A stretch of DNA of 64,000 nucleotides, from positions 624,763-688,762 of the forward strand of contig OZ253471.1 of assembly GCA_965261715.1 (NCBI GenBank), in the 5' to 3' direction. The DNA is from Dehalococcoidia bacterium (GTDB lineage Bacteria > Chloroflexota > Dehalococcoidia > Bin125). The position numbers and the translations under genes were made by a program. Of the stretch, positions 29,247 to 42,324 are shown piece by piece. Position 1 is the first letter of the stretch. Every line of letters begins with the position of its first letter. A model generated the notes under the pieces. The model was not told the DNA's origin, did no database searches, and worked only from the letters and a program-made list of their open reading frames with translations.

Positions 29247-30167
29247 ATGGCATTCGGATTTGGGACGGGCCGCAAACGTCTGGTTGCGGAACTCAACGCG
29301 GCCTCGGAAGTCGTCGAGACTGCGATGGGGCCGGTCGAGTTCGCGATCCACGGCAATGCTCCGTACGTTGTAATTTTTCACGGCACGCCGCAAGGCCACA
29401 ATGCAAGTTTCATCGGCGAGCCCTTGGAGGCTGCGGGTTTCGGCACGATTACTCCATCAAGGCCCGGCTATCTGAGAACTCCGATTGAATCGGGACGCAC
29501 CTTCGAGGAGCAGGCGGACGCAGTAGCGGCGCTATTGGATGTCCTTTCGATCAATCAGGTCGCCGCGTACGCCATCTCAGGCGGCGGACCGAGCGGTATC
29601 CAGTTCGCCGCGCGGCATCCTGATCGGGCGCGCGCGTTGATTCTCGAGGTCGCCATTTCACAAGCGTTCGTTCCTGAGGTTTCAGATCTGACCGTTGCGC
29701 TGTCCATGAACCCATTCGTTCAATGGATCTCGGGCCTCATCATGCAGCGGTTCCCTCGCGTCGGCCTGGGTCAGTTCCTCAAGTTGGAGAGCACGCTGGA
29801 GGCGGCGGATCGGAAGAGGGTGATCGACGACATCATGGCAGCCCCGGAGAAACTGGCGCTCCTGGACAAGCTGATCGTCGACTCGCCGCCGATGAACCTA
29901 TTGCGCGCCGGATTTCACAACGATATGAAACAGTTCGGTTCCATCGAACAGCTGCCACTCGATCAAGTTCGTTGCCCGACACTGGTCACCCACGGCACGC
30001 ATGACGGTGATGTGCCCTTCGCCCACGCCGAGAATTCGGCCCGAGGGATTCCGAACGCGGAACTGTTCAAGGTAGAGAAGGGCTGGCATCTGCTGGGCCT
30101 CAGCGACGGAGACAACGCATACCTCCAGGCGGAAATCGACTTCTTGCAGAAGCATCTGGCTGACTGA
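29247..30167 (+). CDS. Alpha/beta-fold hydrolase
   Basis: …VVIFHGTPQGH…AYAISGGGPSG… (nucleophile elbow) …HGTHDGDVP… (catalytic His region). Confidence 0.65.
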   Translation: MAFGFGTGRKRLVAELNAASEVVETAMGPVEFAIHGNAPYVVIFHGTPQGHNASFIGEPLEAAGFGTITPSRPGYLRTPIESGRTFEEQADAVAALLDVLSINQVAAYAISGGGPSGIQFAARHPDRARALILEVAISQAFVPEVSDLTVALSMNPFVQWISGLIMQRFPRVGLGQFLKLESTLEAADRKRVIDDIMAAPEKLALLDKLIVDSPPMNLLRAGFHNDMKQFGSIEQLPLDQVRCPTLVTHGTHDGDVPFAHAENSARGIPNAELFKVEKGWHLLGLSDGDNAYLQAEIDFLQKHLAD

Positions 30168-30577
30168 GGGCCGTGTCTTCATGTCTGACCGGACTTGCGG
30201 TCAGTTGCCTAGTCCCATGGCAGACGTTTGAGCCGTTTCTGGCTCGCTGAGGGTGTCTCGGGAGTACAACGATCGTCATTCCCGGGCACCGACGCGGGAA
30301 TGACGCCGAGTGCCTCACCGACGCTTGAAGCTGAGGAACCGCGCGCGTTGCAATCGGTCAGCCGGCTCCTGGCTGTCGTGCCAAGCGCAGCGAGATACCC
30401 GCGGCGGAGCGCGGGTATGACGGAGATGGAGGTCAAGCGCCTTGCGAGAAACCCTCTGAAGGGGCAACAGTGGCCTCTCCATGCTCATCACATCGCCGCC
30501 TGGACGTCCCTCTAGACTGTCGTCGTTTGCAGGCGGCCTGCCTCGGCCCGCTCGCACTCATCACGACAGGAATTGAG

Positions 30578-31474
30578 ATGGATATCGCCGCACTGGGCAA
30601 GTCTCCCAACGCCGACCCGTTGGTGCAGACGATTATGGAACACGATCTGGCTCGCCACATTGTTGAGCTCGACGCTTATGGATTTACGGTCATCCCACCA
30701 GAGAAGATGGACACTTCGCCCGGCTTCGCAGATCGTTTGCGCGACGCGATCCTGAACACCTACCAACGCCGTCACGATGTCGAGATCGACGACTGGCGCA
30801 CGGCCGAGCTGCCCGCTCCCAACGAGCGCGCATGGCAACTGATCGATGAAGACGACGCGATCACTGAAGCCGTGCTCAATCCGGTCGCGCTGACGATGGC
30901 CCGCTGGCACTGTGGACAGAGCGCCGTTCTCGGTGGGACTTCCTCGATCATCAAGCCACCGCACGAGAAGAGCTACCTCGGCATCCACAACGACACCCAC
31001 GGCGTGCCGCCGCCCCAGGCGGCTTACACACACCTGGTCAACACGAGCTGGATCCTCACCGACTACGACTCGCGCGAGGACGGACCGACCGTGTTTGTAC
31101 CGGGCTCGCATCGCTGGGGCCGCGCGCCCGCGCCGCACGAGACGAACTTCTGGGAAGAAGGCGCATTGCTCGACCCGGTCTCGATCCAGGCCAAGGCGGG
31201 CTCGCTTGCCGTCTGGGGCGGCAACACCTGGCACGGCGCGATGAATCGCATGAGCGTCGGCCTCCGGGTCACCCTGGTCCTGGTCTGGATGCGGCCGTAT
31301 ATGAAGATGATCAATCAGTGGGACGACGGCGCTGTCTCGCCGGAGCGGCTCGAGCGCTACCCCGAGCTGCACAAGATCCTCGGCTACGACCACCCGTATC
31401 CATCCCGCGAGTCGATCCGTAACGCCAAGTACGTCGGTGAGATGATGGCCGTCGGCCAGGATCAGTTTGCGTAG
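30578..31474 (+). CDS. Phytanoyl-CoA dioxygenase (PhyH)-family Fe(II)/2-oxoglutarate oxygenase
   Basis: HNDTHG (HxD) ... WHGAMNR (distal His/Arg), typical of PhyH-family proteins. ATG at 30578; the longer track ORF is likely over-extended. Confidence 0.65.
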   Translation: MDIAALGKSPNADPLVQTIMEHDLARHIVELDAYGFTVIPPEKMDTSPGFADRLRDAILNTYQRRHDVEIDDWRTAELPAPNERAWQLIDEDDAITEAVLNPVALTMARWHCGQSAVLGGTSSIIKPPHEKSYLGIHNDTHGVPPPQAAYTHLVNTSWILTDYDSREDGPTVFVPGSHRWGRAPAPHETNFWEEGALLDPVSIQAKAGSLAVWGGNTWHGAMNRMSVGLRVTLVLVWMRPYMKMINQWDDGAVSPERLERYPELHKILGYDHPYPSRESIRNAKYVGEMMAVGQDQFA

Positions 31475-31700
31475 CCGAGACCTGCGCTCATGCCGAGGTC
31501 AACGTTGCAGGTGTCCAAGCTACGGATGACGCAGTCCGCTTGCAGGCCGATGGGAGGCGGAACCCCTCTGCCTTCGGCAGCTTCCCCTGCAGAGGAGACC
31601 TTTGATTAAGTCCCCTTCGCCCCCCTTGCGGGGGAGATGCCGAAGGCAGAGGGGGGCTCCCCGTCTCAAGGCCTATCTGGTCGCTGGCGGCGGACCCCCC

Positions 31701-32854
<1,154 letters not shown>

Positions 32855-32862
<8 letters not shown>

Positions 32863-33112
32863 TGTCACTCCGTGACATCTCCCCCCGCAAGGGGGGGAGA
32901 TGGGAATCATGAGTTTTTCAAAGGTCTCGCAGAGGGGGGGAGCGAGAGAGTTGATACATGCTTCGAATGGGATCGTCGCGTCAATGTGAACAGGCCCCAG
33001 GAATCCTCTGAACGACTGGTGTCGCAGGCTGAGCGGCGACCCCCCATCAGCCTTCGGCAGCTTGCCCCGCAGAGGGGAAAGCGGGGATCGGAGTTGTTCA
33101 GAGCATTCCTAG
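32855..33112. repeat. Composite of MITE-like repeats: family A (partial) + family C half + family B (32997-33112)
   Basis: Matches the corresponding units at 2515-2930, 47418-47585 and 19397-19512. Confidence 0.75.
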
Positions 33113-33167
33113 TTCGCCTCAACCAGCTACGAATCAGATTCGTAGCTCAGGGCAGGTTGGGCGAAGT

Positions 33168-33243
<76 letters not shown>

Positions 33244-33290
33244 ACGCTGAAGCCGAACGGGTTTAGCGTACAACCGCGTTGGCTTGCGTT

Positions 33291-33851
33291 TCAATCAACG
33301 GGTTCATCATCGGGATTCAGGCCCTCGGGCAGGTCGACGGTCATGGTTCCAGCCGTGATATCGATCGCAGTCACCACATCACGCAGCGCGGGGATGAGGA
33401 TGTCACGACGCTCGCCGCGGTCCACGATGTAGACGTCGTTCGCGCCGGTCTGAAGTACCTCGCGAACGGTTCCCAACTGCTCACCGGTCAAAGTGATGAC
33501 GCTGAGACCTTCGATTTCGTCGATGTACCAGAATGGTTCGCTGGTCTGCGGTCGTTCGTCCTCGGGGATCTCGATCAGTTCGCCTCGCAGTGCTTCCGCC
33601 GACTCCCGATCACCGACGCCTTCGATGTAGAGATAGACCCGACTGCTCTGCCAGTTGCTGCTCATGATGCGACGCACTTGCTCGGCGATGAAGACGCGGG
33701 CGCCGGGATCGAAGCGTTCCGGGAAGTCAGTCAGCGGACGTGCCTTGACTTCGCCCTTGAGCCCGCGCGGACGCTCAACCACGCCGATGGCGCGGAACCC
33801 GTCGCGCGGCATGCGGTCCTGTGGAGCGTTGCGTCCGAGGCGAAGCGCCAT
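33291..33851 (-). CDS. rimM: Ribosome maturation factor RimM
   Basis: Two-domain RimM (…[25 protein letters not shown]… , PRC barrel …[18 protein letters not shown]…). Sits in an ffh-rpsP-KH-rimM arrangement. Confidence 0.85.
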   Translation of the reverse strand: MALRLGRNAPQDRMPRDGFRAIGVVERPRGLKGEVKARPLTDFPERFDPGARVFIAEQVRRIMSSNWQSSRVYLYIEGVGDRESAEALRGELIEIPEDERPQTSEPFWYIDEIEGLSVITLTGEQLGTVREVLQTGANDVYIVDRGERRDILIPALRDVVTAIDITAGTMTVDLPEGLNPDDEPVD

Positions 33852-33859
33852 TGGTCCGG

Positions 33860-34090
33860 TTAGCGAATGTCGAGCGACGTGTCCACGGCGCGGGCGTGTC
33901 CAGCGACGGAGAGCAAGGTGCGCATCGCCATGGCGAGACGTCCCTCGCGGCCGATGATGCGGCCCATGTCATCCTCGTGGACGTTTAGCTGAATGGCGAC
34001 GTGGTCGCCGTTGTCTACGCGCTCAACGCGTACGGCGTCCGGATCGTCAACCATCCACTTGGCGACGTACTCAATGAAGTGTTCCATCAA
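33860..34090 (-). CDS. KH-domain RNA-binding protein (YlqC family)
   Basis: 76 aa with a GRIIGREGR KH motif, between rpsP and rimM. Confidence 0.8.
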   Translation of the reverse strand: MMEHFIEYVAKWMVDDPDAVRVERVDNGDHVAIQLNVHEDDMGRIIGREGRLAMAMRTLLSVAGHARAVDTSLDIR

Positions 34091-34130
34091 TAATCCATCT
34101 ATGCGAGATCTATGCGAATCGGTTGCGAAA

Positions 34131-34445
34131 CTACTCTGCCGCCGCCGCTGCGGCGGCCGCTTTCTTGGCGTCGGCTCGCTTGCTCCGCGGCTTGGGTTTC
34201 CACGGTTCGATCAGGCCTTCCTTGGCCAGGAAATGGTGTACGGTCTGTGTCGGCTGGGCGCCGTGGGAAAGCCAATGCTTGGCGCGTTCTGCGTCGATTT
34301 CGAAGGTCGCCGGGTCGGTCAGCGGGTCGTAGAAGCCCAGATTCTCGACGAATCGTCCGTCGCGCGGCTTGCGCGAATCCTGGACGACCACTCGGTAGAA
34401 GGCCCGTCCCTTGCGCCCGTGCCGGGCCAGTCGAATTTTCAGCAT
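34131..34445 (-). CDS. rpsP: 30S ribosomal protein S16
   Basis: MLKIRLARHGRKGRAFYRVVVQDSRKPRDGRFVENLGFYDP... with an Ala-rich C-terminal tail. Confidence 0.9.
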   Translation of the reverse strand: MLKIRLARHGRKGRAFYRVVVQDSRKPRDGRFVENLGFYDPLTDPATFEIDAERAKHWLSHGAQPTQTVHHFLAKEGLIEPWKPKPRSKRADAKKAAAAAAAAE

Positions 34446-34520
34446 GTGTTCAGCTCTGTCTGATCTTCCTGGGTCCGTATCGATCCAGCGTAGCGGGGAC
34501 TGTCGATTCGTGCTGTCACA

Positions 34521-35870
34521 CTAGCGACGGCCGGCCGGGGCTCGGACGCCGCCCATTCCTGGCATCTTGCCCAACGCGAGGTCCTTCATGATGCCTTTGG
34601 CCGTCTTGAATTGATTCAGGAGTTGATTCACTTCCTGGGGAGATGTTCCGCTGCCCTTGGCGATTCGGCGTCGGCGGGAACCGTTGATGATGTCAGGTTT
34701 GTGCCGTTCCTCGGGCGTCATCGACAACACGATTGCCTCAAACTGATTGAAGAAATCGTCGTCGATCTCGTCGACCTGGATCTTGTCCTTGATCGAGCTG
34801 AGACCGGGGATCATGTTCACGATCTGCGAGATTGGCCCCATCTGACGGACTTTGCTGATCTGCTCGATGAAGTCGTTCAGATCGAATTCGCCGTCCTGCA
34901 GCCGCCGACGCCAGACCTTCGCGTCCTGGTCGCCGAACTCTTGCTCGGCGCGTTCGACCAGGGTGGACATGTCGCCGCGACCGAGGATGCGCCCGGCGAG
35001 GCGGTCGGGGTGGAACTGTTCGAGCGCATCGGGCCGCTCGCCGATGCCGAGGAACTTGATCGGTGCGCCGGTGACGGCGCGAATCGAGAGTGCTGCGCCA
35101 CCGCGGGCGTCGCCGTCCATTTTGGACAGGACGACGCCGGTGATGCCAACCGCTTCGTCGAAGGCGGCAGCCGCATTGACGGCGTCCTGACCCGACATCG
35201 CATCGGCGACGAGCAGCACTTCGGTTGGTTTGAATCGGTCTCGCAGCTCGGTGATCTCGGACATCATGTCTTTGTCGATGTGCAGCCGGCCGGCGGTATC
35301 GACGATGACCGTTCCCGCGCCAATCTGGGATGCGCGTTCAAGCCCCTGCTTGACAATCTTGACTGGTTTCTCATCTGCGCCGAGCTCGAACACTTCGATG
35401 TCCAACTGCCGGCCCAGCGCCTGGAGCTGATCGATCGCTGCTGGGCGATAGACATCTGCGGCGATCAAGAGTGGACGATCGCCGGCCTTCTTTGCTCGGA
35501 GGGCGAGTTTGGCCGATGTCGTCGTTTTGCCGGAGCCTTGCAGTCCGACCATGAGAATGATGGTCGGACCTTGTGAGGCTCTCTGGAGGCTGGGCGACTC
35601 CGTGCCGAGCAATGAGATCAGTTCGTCGCTGATGATCTCAACGACGCGATTGAGCGGAGTCGGCGAGCGCATCACCTCTTCGGTGTTGGCTCGGGCCCGC
35701 ACCGCTTTGATGTAGTCGCGGGCGACCTTGTAGTTGACGTCGGCCTCGAGTAAGGCGAGGCGGACTTCGCGGAGGGCCGACTCAAGGTCTTTCTCAGAGA
35801 TAGCGCCGCGCCTGCCGAGCGTCGCAAAGACGCCTTGCAGTTTGCCGCTCAGTGCATCGAACATCGCCAT
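34521..35870 (-). CDS. ffh: Signal recognition particle protein Ffh
   Basis: …GLQGSGKTTT…DTAGR… GTPase motifs. C-terminal Met-rich M domain ending …MPGMGG…. Confidence 0.9.
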   Translation of the reverse strand: MAMFDALSGKLQGVFATLGRRGAISEKDLESALREVRLALLEADVNYKVARDYIKAVRARANTEEVMRSPTPLNRVVEIISDELISLLGTESPSLQRASQGPTIILMVGLQGSGKTTTSAKLALRAKKAGDRPLLIAADVYRPAAIDQLQALGRQLDIEVFELGADEKPVKIVKQGLERASQIGAGTVIVDTAGRLHIDKDMMSEITELRDRFKPTEVLLVADAMSGQDAVNAAAAFDEAVGITGVVLSKMDGDARGGAALSIRAVTGAPIKFLGIGERPDALEQFHPDRLAGRILGRGDMSTLVERAEQEFGDQDAKVWRRRLQDGEFDLNDFIEQISKVRQMGPISQIVNMIPGLSSIKDKIQVDEIDDDFFNQFEAIVLSMTPEERHKPDIINGSRRRRIAKGSGTSPQEVNQLLNQFKTAKGIMKDLALGKMPGMGGVRAPAGRR

Positions 35871-35955
35871 CGGGTTCGGTTCCCCCCTCCGTCACTTCGT
35901 GACACCTCCCCCCGCGAAGCGGGGGGAGGGGGAAATCTATTGGCGTTAACCCTAG

Positions 35956-36981
35956 CTAGGACAGCCCGGCCTTTGCCATCCGCACACAGAGGTCGCCGAC
36001 GCGGACGCTGTAACCCCACTCGTTGTCGTACCAACTGACGACCTTGACCTGCGTGCCCTCAAGCACCATGGTCGAAAGCGCATCGATGATCGAGGACGAT
36101 GGGGAGCCCTTGAAGTCGCTGCTGACCAGCGGTTCGGTCTCGTATTCGAGGATGCCGTGCAGCGGCGACTCGAGGTCGTTGGCGGCCTTCTCGAAGGCGG
36201 CGTTGATCTCTTCGGCGTCGGTGGCGCGCTCGGCGTCAATCACGAGATCGACGACGGAAACGGTGCTAGTCGGGACGCGGTAGGCCATGCCGTTGAGCTT
36301 GCCGTTGAGGTGTGGCAGCACGAGGCCAACGGCCTTGGCGGCGCCGGTCGTGGTCGGAATGATGTTCATCCCAGCAGCGCGGGCACGGCGCAGGTCGCTG
36401 TGGACGGTGTCGAGGATGGCCTGGTCGTTGGTGTAGGCGTGGATCGTCGACATGATCCCGCTCTTGATCCCGACGGTGTCATCGAGCACCTTGGCCATCG
36501 GCGCCAGACAGTTGGTCGTGCAGGAGGCGTTGGAGACCACGTGGTGCAGGGCTGGGTCGTAGGCGTCGTCGTTCACGCCGAGGACCATCGTCAGGTCCTC
36601 GTTCTTGGCGGGCGCGGAGATGACGACCTTGGACGGACCATGGTTGAGGTGACCGCGCGCTCTGGTTGCGTCGGTAAAGATGCCGGTGCTCTCGACGACG
36701 ATCTCGACGCCGTGGTCGCCCCAGGGAATCTGGCCGGGGTCGCGCTCGGAGATGACGGCGATGCGGTGGCCGTCGATGACCAGGTCGCCGTCGACGACAT
36801 CGACGTCGCCCGGGTAGCGGCCGTAGTTGGTGTCGTACTTGAACAGGTGTGCGTTGGTTTCGGAATCTGTCAGGTCGTTGATCGCGACGACTTCGAGATC
36901 ATCGCCGTGAAAGTCGAGCATGCCCTTGAGCACCTGTCGACCGATCCGACCGAAGCCGTTGATGCCAATTTTCGTCGTCAC
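35956..36981 (-). CDS. gap: Type I glyceraldehyde-3-phosphate dehydrogenase
   Basis: [18 protein letters not shown]...[12 protein letters not shown]... Confidence 0.9.
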   Translation of the reverse strand: MTTKIGINGFGRIGRQVLKGMLDFHGDDLEVVAINDLTDSETNAHLFKYDTNYGRYPGDVDVVDGDLVIDGHRIAVISERDPGQIPWGDHGVEIVVESTGIFTDATRARGHLNHGPSKVVISAPAKNEDLTMVLGVNDDAYDPALHHVVSNASCTTNCLAPMAKVLDDTVGIKSGIMSTIHAYTNDQAILDTVHSDLRRARAAGMNIIPTTTGAAKAVGLVLPHLNGKLNGMAYRVPTSTVSVVDLVIDAERATDAEEINAAFEKAANDLESPLHGILEYETEPLVSSDFKGSPSSSIIDALSTMVLEGTQVKVVSWYDNEWGYSVRVGDLCVRMAKAGLS

Positions 36982-37166
36982 GAAAGTCTCCTGAGTGATT
37001 GTGCGGTTGTGACTCGTTCACTTGCAGGATCGCAGAGGGATGCGGTGCACTCAACCTCAATGGATGCAGAACGGTGGAGATTCTCTAATCAGAACGAACA
37101 TGCGAACGTGGCGCTATGTTTCTCCTGCGCGTCTGGTCGAAGCGGAACAACAGCGAGAAGTCCATG

Positions 37167-37886
37167 GCCTTGAACTCCGGCACACGAGTGCTCTTTCTCG
37201 ACGATTCGGGGAAGCCGTCAGTCAAAGACAATACAAAAGCCGTTGTGATCGGGGGCTTTGCGATCCGGTCTGAGAACGTCCCGGAATTCAGTCAGAGGAT
37301 TGCGGAAGCAAAGATTCGCCACTTTCCCCACCTTGGCGCTCCTGGCAAATGGGAAGTGAAAGCGTCGCAAATGGTTAGACCGAATCAAATGCGGCGCCGC
37401 AACAACCGAGAATTCGTCGGCGAGACCATTCGAATCCTTAATCATTTCGAATGCACTGCCTATTCGGTCAGCATCGACAAACGAGAAATGCATCACCCCA
37501 TGGCACTCGAAGTCACGATGCCTTTTCAAGTTCGAGTGCTTGCCGAACACTTCGCTGCGGAGTGCTCACATCACAGCGAAACCGGACTGATTATTTCGGA
37601 TTGGTCGTCAAATCGTCTCGACGCACTCACGAGTCGGACCATCGCCAGTTTCGTCTCTTCACGGCAGCTCCCCCTGCATCCCAGCATCTATTTCACCGAT
37701 TCTCTCAGTTCTCATGCGATTCAAGTTGCCGACTTGGTCGCCGGAACGAGACGCCGAGCCATCGAAGGCGACGCAGGTCTACGACAAATCGACGAGGTGC
37801 TTCGATCAATTTGCACGGTGGCTGGAAGCGATGGGGTCTTCACGTTCGCGGGCCGACCGTTTAGCAATCAGATCGCGTTGATCTGA
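37167..37886 (+). CDS. DUF3800-family protein on a lower-GC islet
   Basis: N-terminal VLFLDDSG and C-terminal IQVADLVAG correspond to the two conserved DUF3800 motifs. Local GC is visibly lower than the flanking genes. Followed by a bidirectional terminator hairpin (gaggccccggatcgcacggggcctc + T-tract, about 37991-38022). Confidence 0.6.
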   Translation, partial: ALNSGTRVLFLDDSGKPSVKDNTKAVVIGGFAIRSENVPEFSQRIAEAKIRHFPHLGAPGKWEVKASQMVRPNQMRRRNNREFVGETIRILNHFECTAYSVSIDKREMHHPMALEVTMPFQVRVLAEHFAAECSHHSETGLIISDWSSNRLDALTSRTIASFVSSRQLPLHPSIYFTDSLSSHAIQVADLVAGTRRRAIEGDAGLRQIDEVLRSICTVAGSDGVFTFAGRPFSNQIALI

Positions 37887-38065
37887 GCAGATGGGGCCGC
37901 ACTTTCCCGGAGCTACGATATAATGTCGCCAGCTGGACGGTTCAGTTAGTAGGCGAGAGCCGAATGTAGCTGTACACCGCCGGTGACGAGGCCCCGGATC
38001 GCACGGGGCCTCATTCTTTGTCCCGAGAATTCGATCCTCTAGCTCTCCGCTTTTCGAGCACTCGT

Positions 38066-38962
38066 TTACAGCAGCAGACGCTTGGGCGCTCCCGATGGTT
38101 GGCGACGGTAGTTGTCGATCAGGAGTCTCTGGCGTCCGGCGTCGATGATCCACGTCGCCTTGCAGCGCCTGGCGTCTTCCAGCAGCGTCTGAGTCTGGCG
38201 ATGCAGGCGCTGGTATTCCTGCCGGTCTTCGGACTCGACGCCGAAGAGGCCGCTGCCGACGGCGAATCGGCACTGGCGATCCTGGATCACCATCTGCCAG
38301 CCGATCAACAGCTGCGTCCAGCCGAGGTGGAACGCTTCGTCAGACCAGTTGACGAGGAACCGCTTGTCGTGCGAGCCATCGGCACTGAGCAGCGCCGACG
38401 CGCCGAAGTGCGGTCGCGACAACTCGGAGACGGCGCGATAGGCGTCGGCTGTTTCCGGCGCCATTGCGATCTGTTGGCCGGCCATGTACTGGCCCATGCC
38501 GATTTCAGTGGCGTGGTGCTCCTGGTTGTTCGACCAGGCGTCGCGTAACCAGTCTTCGAACTCGATTTGCTCATCGCCGACCACGGCCTGTTCTGCGCCG
38601 AGCCACTCCATCATGGCCCGCATCAGCGCCACGGCAGCCGAATAGGATGCGCGGGCCGTCAGCGCTCGAGCCTCGATCCCGCCGCTGTAGACGCGCGACC
38701 AGAACATGAGCGCCGAGGCATAACGTCGGTTGCGGAATGAGGAACCATAAGACTGTTCGACGATCTTGCGCTGCAGTTTGAAGGCGTCGCTGAGCCAGCG
38801 AAGATCGAGCGGGAGCGCGAAGGATGTCTCGCGAAATGCGTCGCGTCGCACCTGTGGTTCGTCGTCACGCGGCTTGGCCAGTGCGGCGGTCTCGGATGGG
38901 AACGTAATCGGCGATATCCGCTGTCTGGGCGGACTCGGAGGATCGGAGGCGTCGGCGGTCAT
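38066..38962 (-). CDS. Hypothetical protein (second gene of a two-gene operon)
   Basis: 298-aa ORF. Start overlaps the upstream gene's stop (ATGA). No motif recognised. Confidence 0.45.
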   Translation of the reverse strand: MTADASDPPSPPRQRISPITFPSETAALAKPRDDEPQVRRDAFRETSFALPLDLRWLSDAFKLQRKIVEQSYGSSFRNRRYASALMFWSRVYSGGIEARALTARASYSAAVALMRAMMEWLGAEQAVVGDEQIEFEDWLRDAWSNNQEHHATEIGMGQYMAGQQIAMAPETADAYRAVSELSRPHFGASALLSADGSHDKRFLVNWSDEAFHLGWTQLLIGWQMVIQDRQCRFAVGSGLFGVESEDRQEYQRLHRQTQTLLEDARRCKATWIIDAGRQRLLIDNYRRQPSGAPKRLLL

Positions 38963-39522
38963 GGCGTCGAGGTTCGTGTGTCTCTGGAAGCGAGCAGCGC
39001 TTCCAGCCAGAGCAGGAGACGTTCACTCTGGGCTTCGATGAACGGGCGGTCCGGATGCCAGTCCCACAGTTCTCGCACGACCTCGAGCGTTGACCAGGTG
39101 CTGCCGTCGCCGCCATTGACGATTTGCACGATCCGCGTGGCGACGTGGTTTGCATTCCAGATCAGTGGTCGTTCGTAGTCGAGCATTCTGGTGGTCTGGG
39201 TCAGTGCTCTGATCCATCGCTCAACGGTGTCGAAGGCGACGCGGCGGTCCATGAGCTGGGCGCGCAGGGCGAGCACCTCAGGTAGATCAACGATGCGTGC
39301 CGGCGGGCGGTCGGGAGGCGGCACTGGCTCGGGTCCGTCGTCTTCGGGGAATTGTTCGAGCGCTTCTGTCCAGTGGTTCGCCGGGATTCGGCGTAGCTCG
39401 TTGTAGACCATGGCGCCGCCGGAGCCGGCGTCCCACCAGGCACGAAGCCGCTCATGTCGCGGCTGTGTCTGAGGTTGGACGAGTTCGGTGCTTTCGGAAT
39501 CGGGAGGAGTAGAGGAGGGCAC
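38959..39522 (-). CDS. Hypothetical protein (first gene of a two-gene operon)
   Basis: 187-aa ORF, divergent from xerC/D. No motif recognised. Confidence 0.45.
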   Translation of the reverse strand: MPSSTPPDSESTELVQPQTQPRHERLRAWWDAGSGGAMVYNELRRIPANHWTEALEQFPEDDGPEPVPPPDRPPARIVDLPEVLALRAQLMDRRVAFDTVERWIRALTQTTRMLDYERPLIWNANHVATRIVQIVNGGDGSTWSTLEVVRELWDWHPDRPFIEAQSERLLLWLEALLASRDTRTSTP

Positions 39523-39741
39523 GGACCTAGGTTATCTCAGGGGTTATCGCAGGGAGTTCTGTCGGCTGATAACGGCGGATTCTGTTGCCTGAACGTTACG
39601 TGGAATAACTGATAACTGGTATTACCGATCACCCACGCGGAGTTTCCGAGTCGCTTGGTAAAGCGGATCAAGCGCCGATGCCTGTTATCGGCGCCGCTAC
39701 TACTACCACGATGGCGAGCATGAAGGAGGCGACGCGGCAAT

Positions 39742-40665
39742 ATGGAACACGAAATCCAACAGTTTCTGACCTACATGGCGGCGGAGCGGGGAGCATCGGC
39801 GAACACGATTTCCGCCTACCGCAACGACCTCGCGCAGCTGCGCGCCTACTTCATCGAGCAACAACCGAGGCAAGGCGAAGGCGCCGGGACCGCCACGCCG
39901 ATCGAGGAGATCGACGCGGAGCAGCTCCAGGAGTACATCGTGCACCTGCGCGAACAGCAGTATGCTCCTGCGACGGTGGCGCGGAAGGTTGCCGCAACCA
40001 AGAGCCTGTTCAGCTATCTCCACGGCGAGGGCCTAATTGTTGTCAATCCGGCCGAGCAGCTGTCCTCGCCCCGTGTGGGTCGCAGCTTGCCGCGGACACT
40101 GACGATCCAGGAGGTCGATGCGCTGCTCGAGCAGCCAGGCCGCTGGGACACGCCCGAAGCGGGCCGCGACCAGGCCATGCTGGAGATGCTCTACGCGACG
40201 GGCATGCGGGTGTCGGAGTTCGTCTCCCTTGACCTGTCGTCGATTGAGCTGCAAGGGCAGCGCGCATCGGTGCGCTGTGTGGGTAAGGGACGCCGCGAGC
40301 GATTGATCCCAATCCATTCCGCCGCTGTCGCAGCACTACACCACTACCTGCAGGAGGCTCGACCCAAACTGGCTCGTGGCCGTCGAGAGGTAGCGCTGTT
40401 CATCAATCGACGTGGCGAGCGGCTGACTCGGCAGGGGGTCTGGCTGATCATCAAGAACTACTCACATGAAGCCGGCATCTCAGGTGTCACGCCGCACACG
40501 TTGCGTCACAGCTTCGCGACACACCTGCTACGCGGCTCAGCGCCGTTGCGCAACGTGCAGGAGCTGATGGGTCACGCCAACATCTCGACGACCCAGCTGT
40601 ACACCCAGTTGACCGACGAACACTTGCGGGACGTTTACGATCGGGCTCATCCCCGCGCCAGTTAG
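39742..40665 (+). CDS. Tyrosine recombinase XerC/XerD
   Basis: N-terminal SAM-like core-binding domain (…FLTYMAAERGASANTISAYRNDL…). Catalytic motifs R…HTLRHSFATHLL…LGHANISTTQLYT. Confidence 0.85.
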   Translation: MEHEIQQFLTYMAAERGASANTISAYRNDLAQLRAYFIEQQPRQGEGAGTATPIEEIDAEQLQEYIVHLREQQYAPATVARKVAATKSLFSYLHGEGLIVVNPAEQLSSPRVGRSLPRTLTIQEVDALLEQPGRWDTPEAGRDQAMLEMLYATGMRVSEFVSLDLSSIELQGQRASVRCVGKGRRERLIPIHSAAVAALHHYLQEARPKLARGRREVALFINRRGERLTRQGVWLIIKNYSHEAGISGVTPHTLRHSFATHLLRGSAPLRNVQELMGHANISTTQLYTQLTDEHLRDVYDRAHPRAS

Positions 40666-40693
40666 CTGGCCTAGCCGGCGCGTCCGAGTCTGA

Positions 40694-42004
<1,311 letters not shown>

Positions 42005-42019
42005 TTCGCTGTCTGCTGA

Positions 42020-42300
42020 GCAAGGGGACCGCCCTTCAGCCTTCGGCAGCTTCCCCTGCGGAGGAGACCTTTGAATAAGTCCCCTTCGCCCCCCGTGCGG
42101 GGGAGATGCCGAAGGCAGAGGGGGGGCTCCCCAGCTCAAGGCCTATCTGGTCGCTGGCGGCGGACCCCCCTCTGTCACTCCGTGACATCTCCCCCCGCAA
42201 GGGGGGGGGAGATGGGATACGTGAGTATTTCAAAGGTCTCGCGGAGGGGGGGAGCGGGGGAACAGAGAGGCTTGATGAACCTCTATCGCTCCCGCCAATG
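42020..42300. repeat. Family-A REP/MITE-like repeat cluster
   Basis: ...cccttcgccccccgtgcgggggagatgccgaaggcagaggggg...ctggtcgctggcggcggacccccctctgtcactccgtgacatctccccccgcaagggggg... Confidence 0.8.
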
Positions 42301-42324
42301 GGGGAGAATTTGGATTATGGACTT

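Noticed and set aside
36157-37173. 338-aa + strand ORF
   Set aside because: Antisense to gap (type I GAPDH).
39742-40665. XerC/D-like recombinase as the integrase of the adjacent low-GC islet
   Set aside because: The N-terminal SAM-like domain and overall length match chromosomal XerC/XerD rather than a phage-type integrase. It has normal GC content and sits next to eno. Treated as housekeeping.
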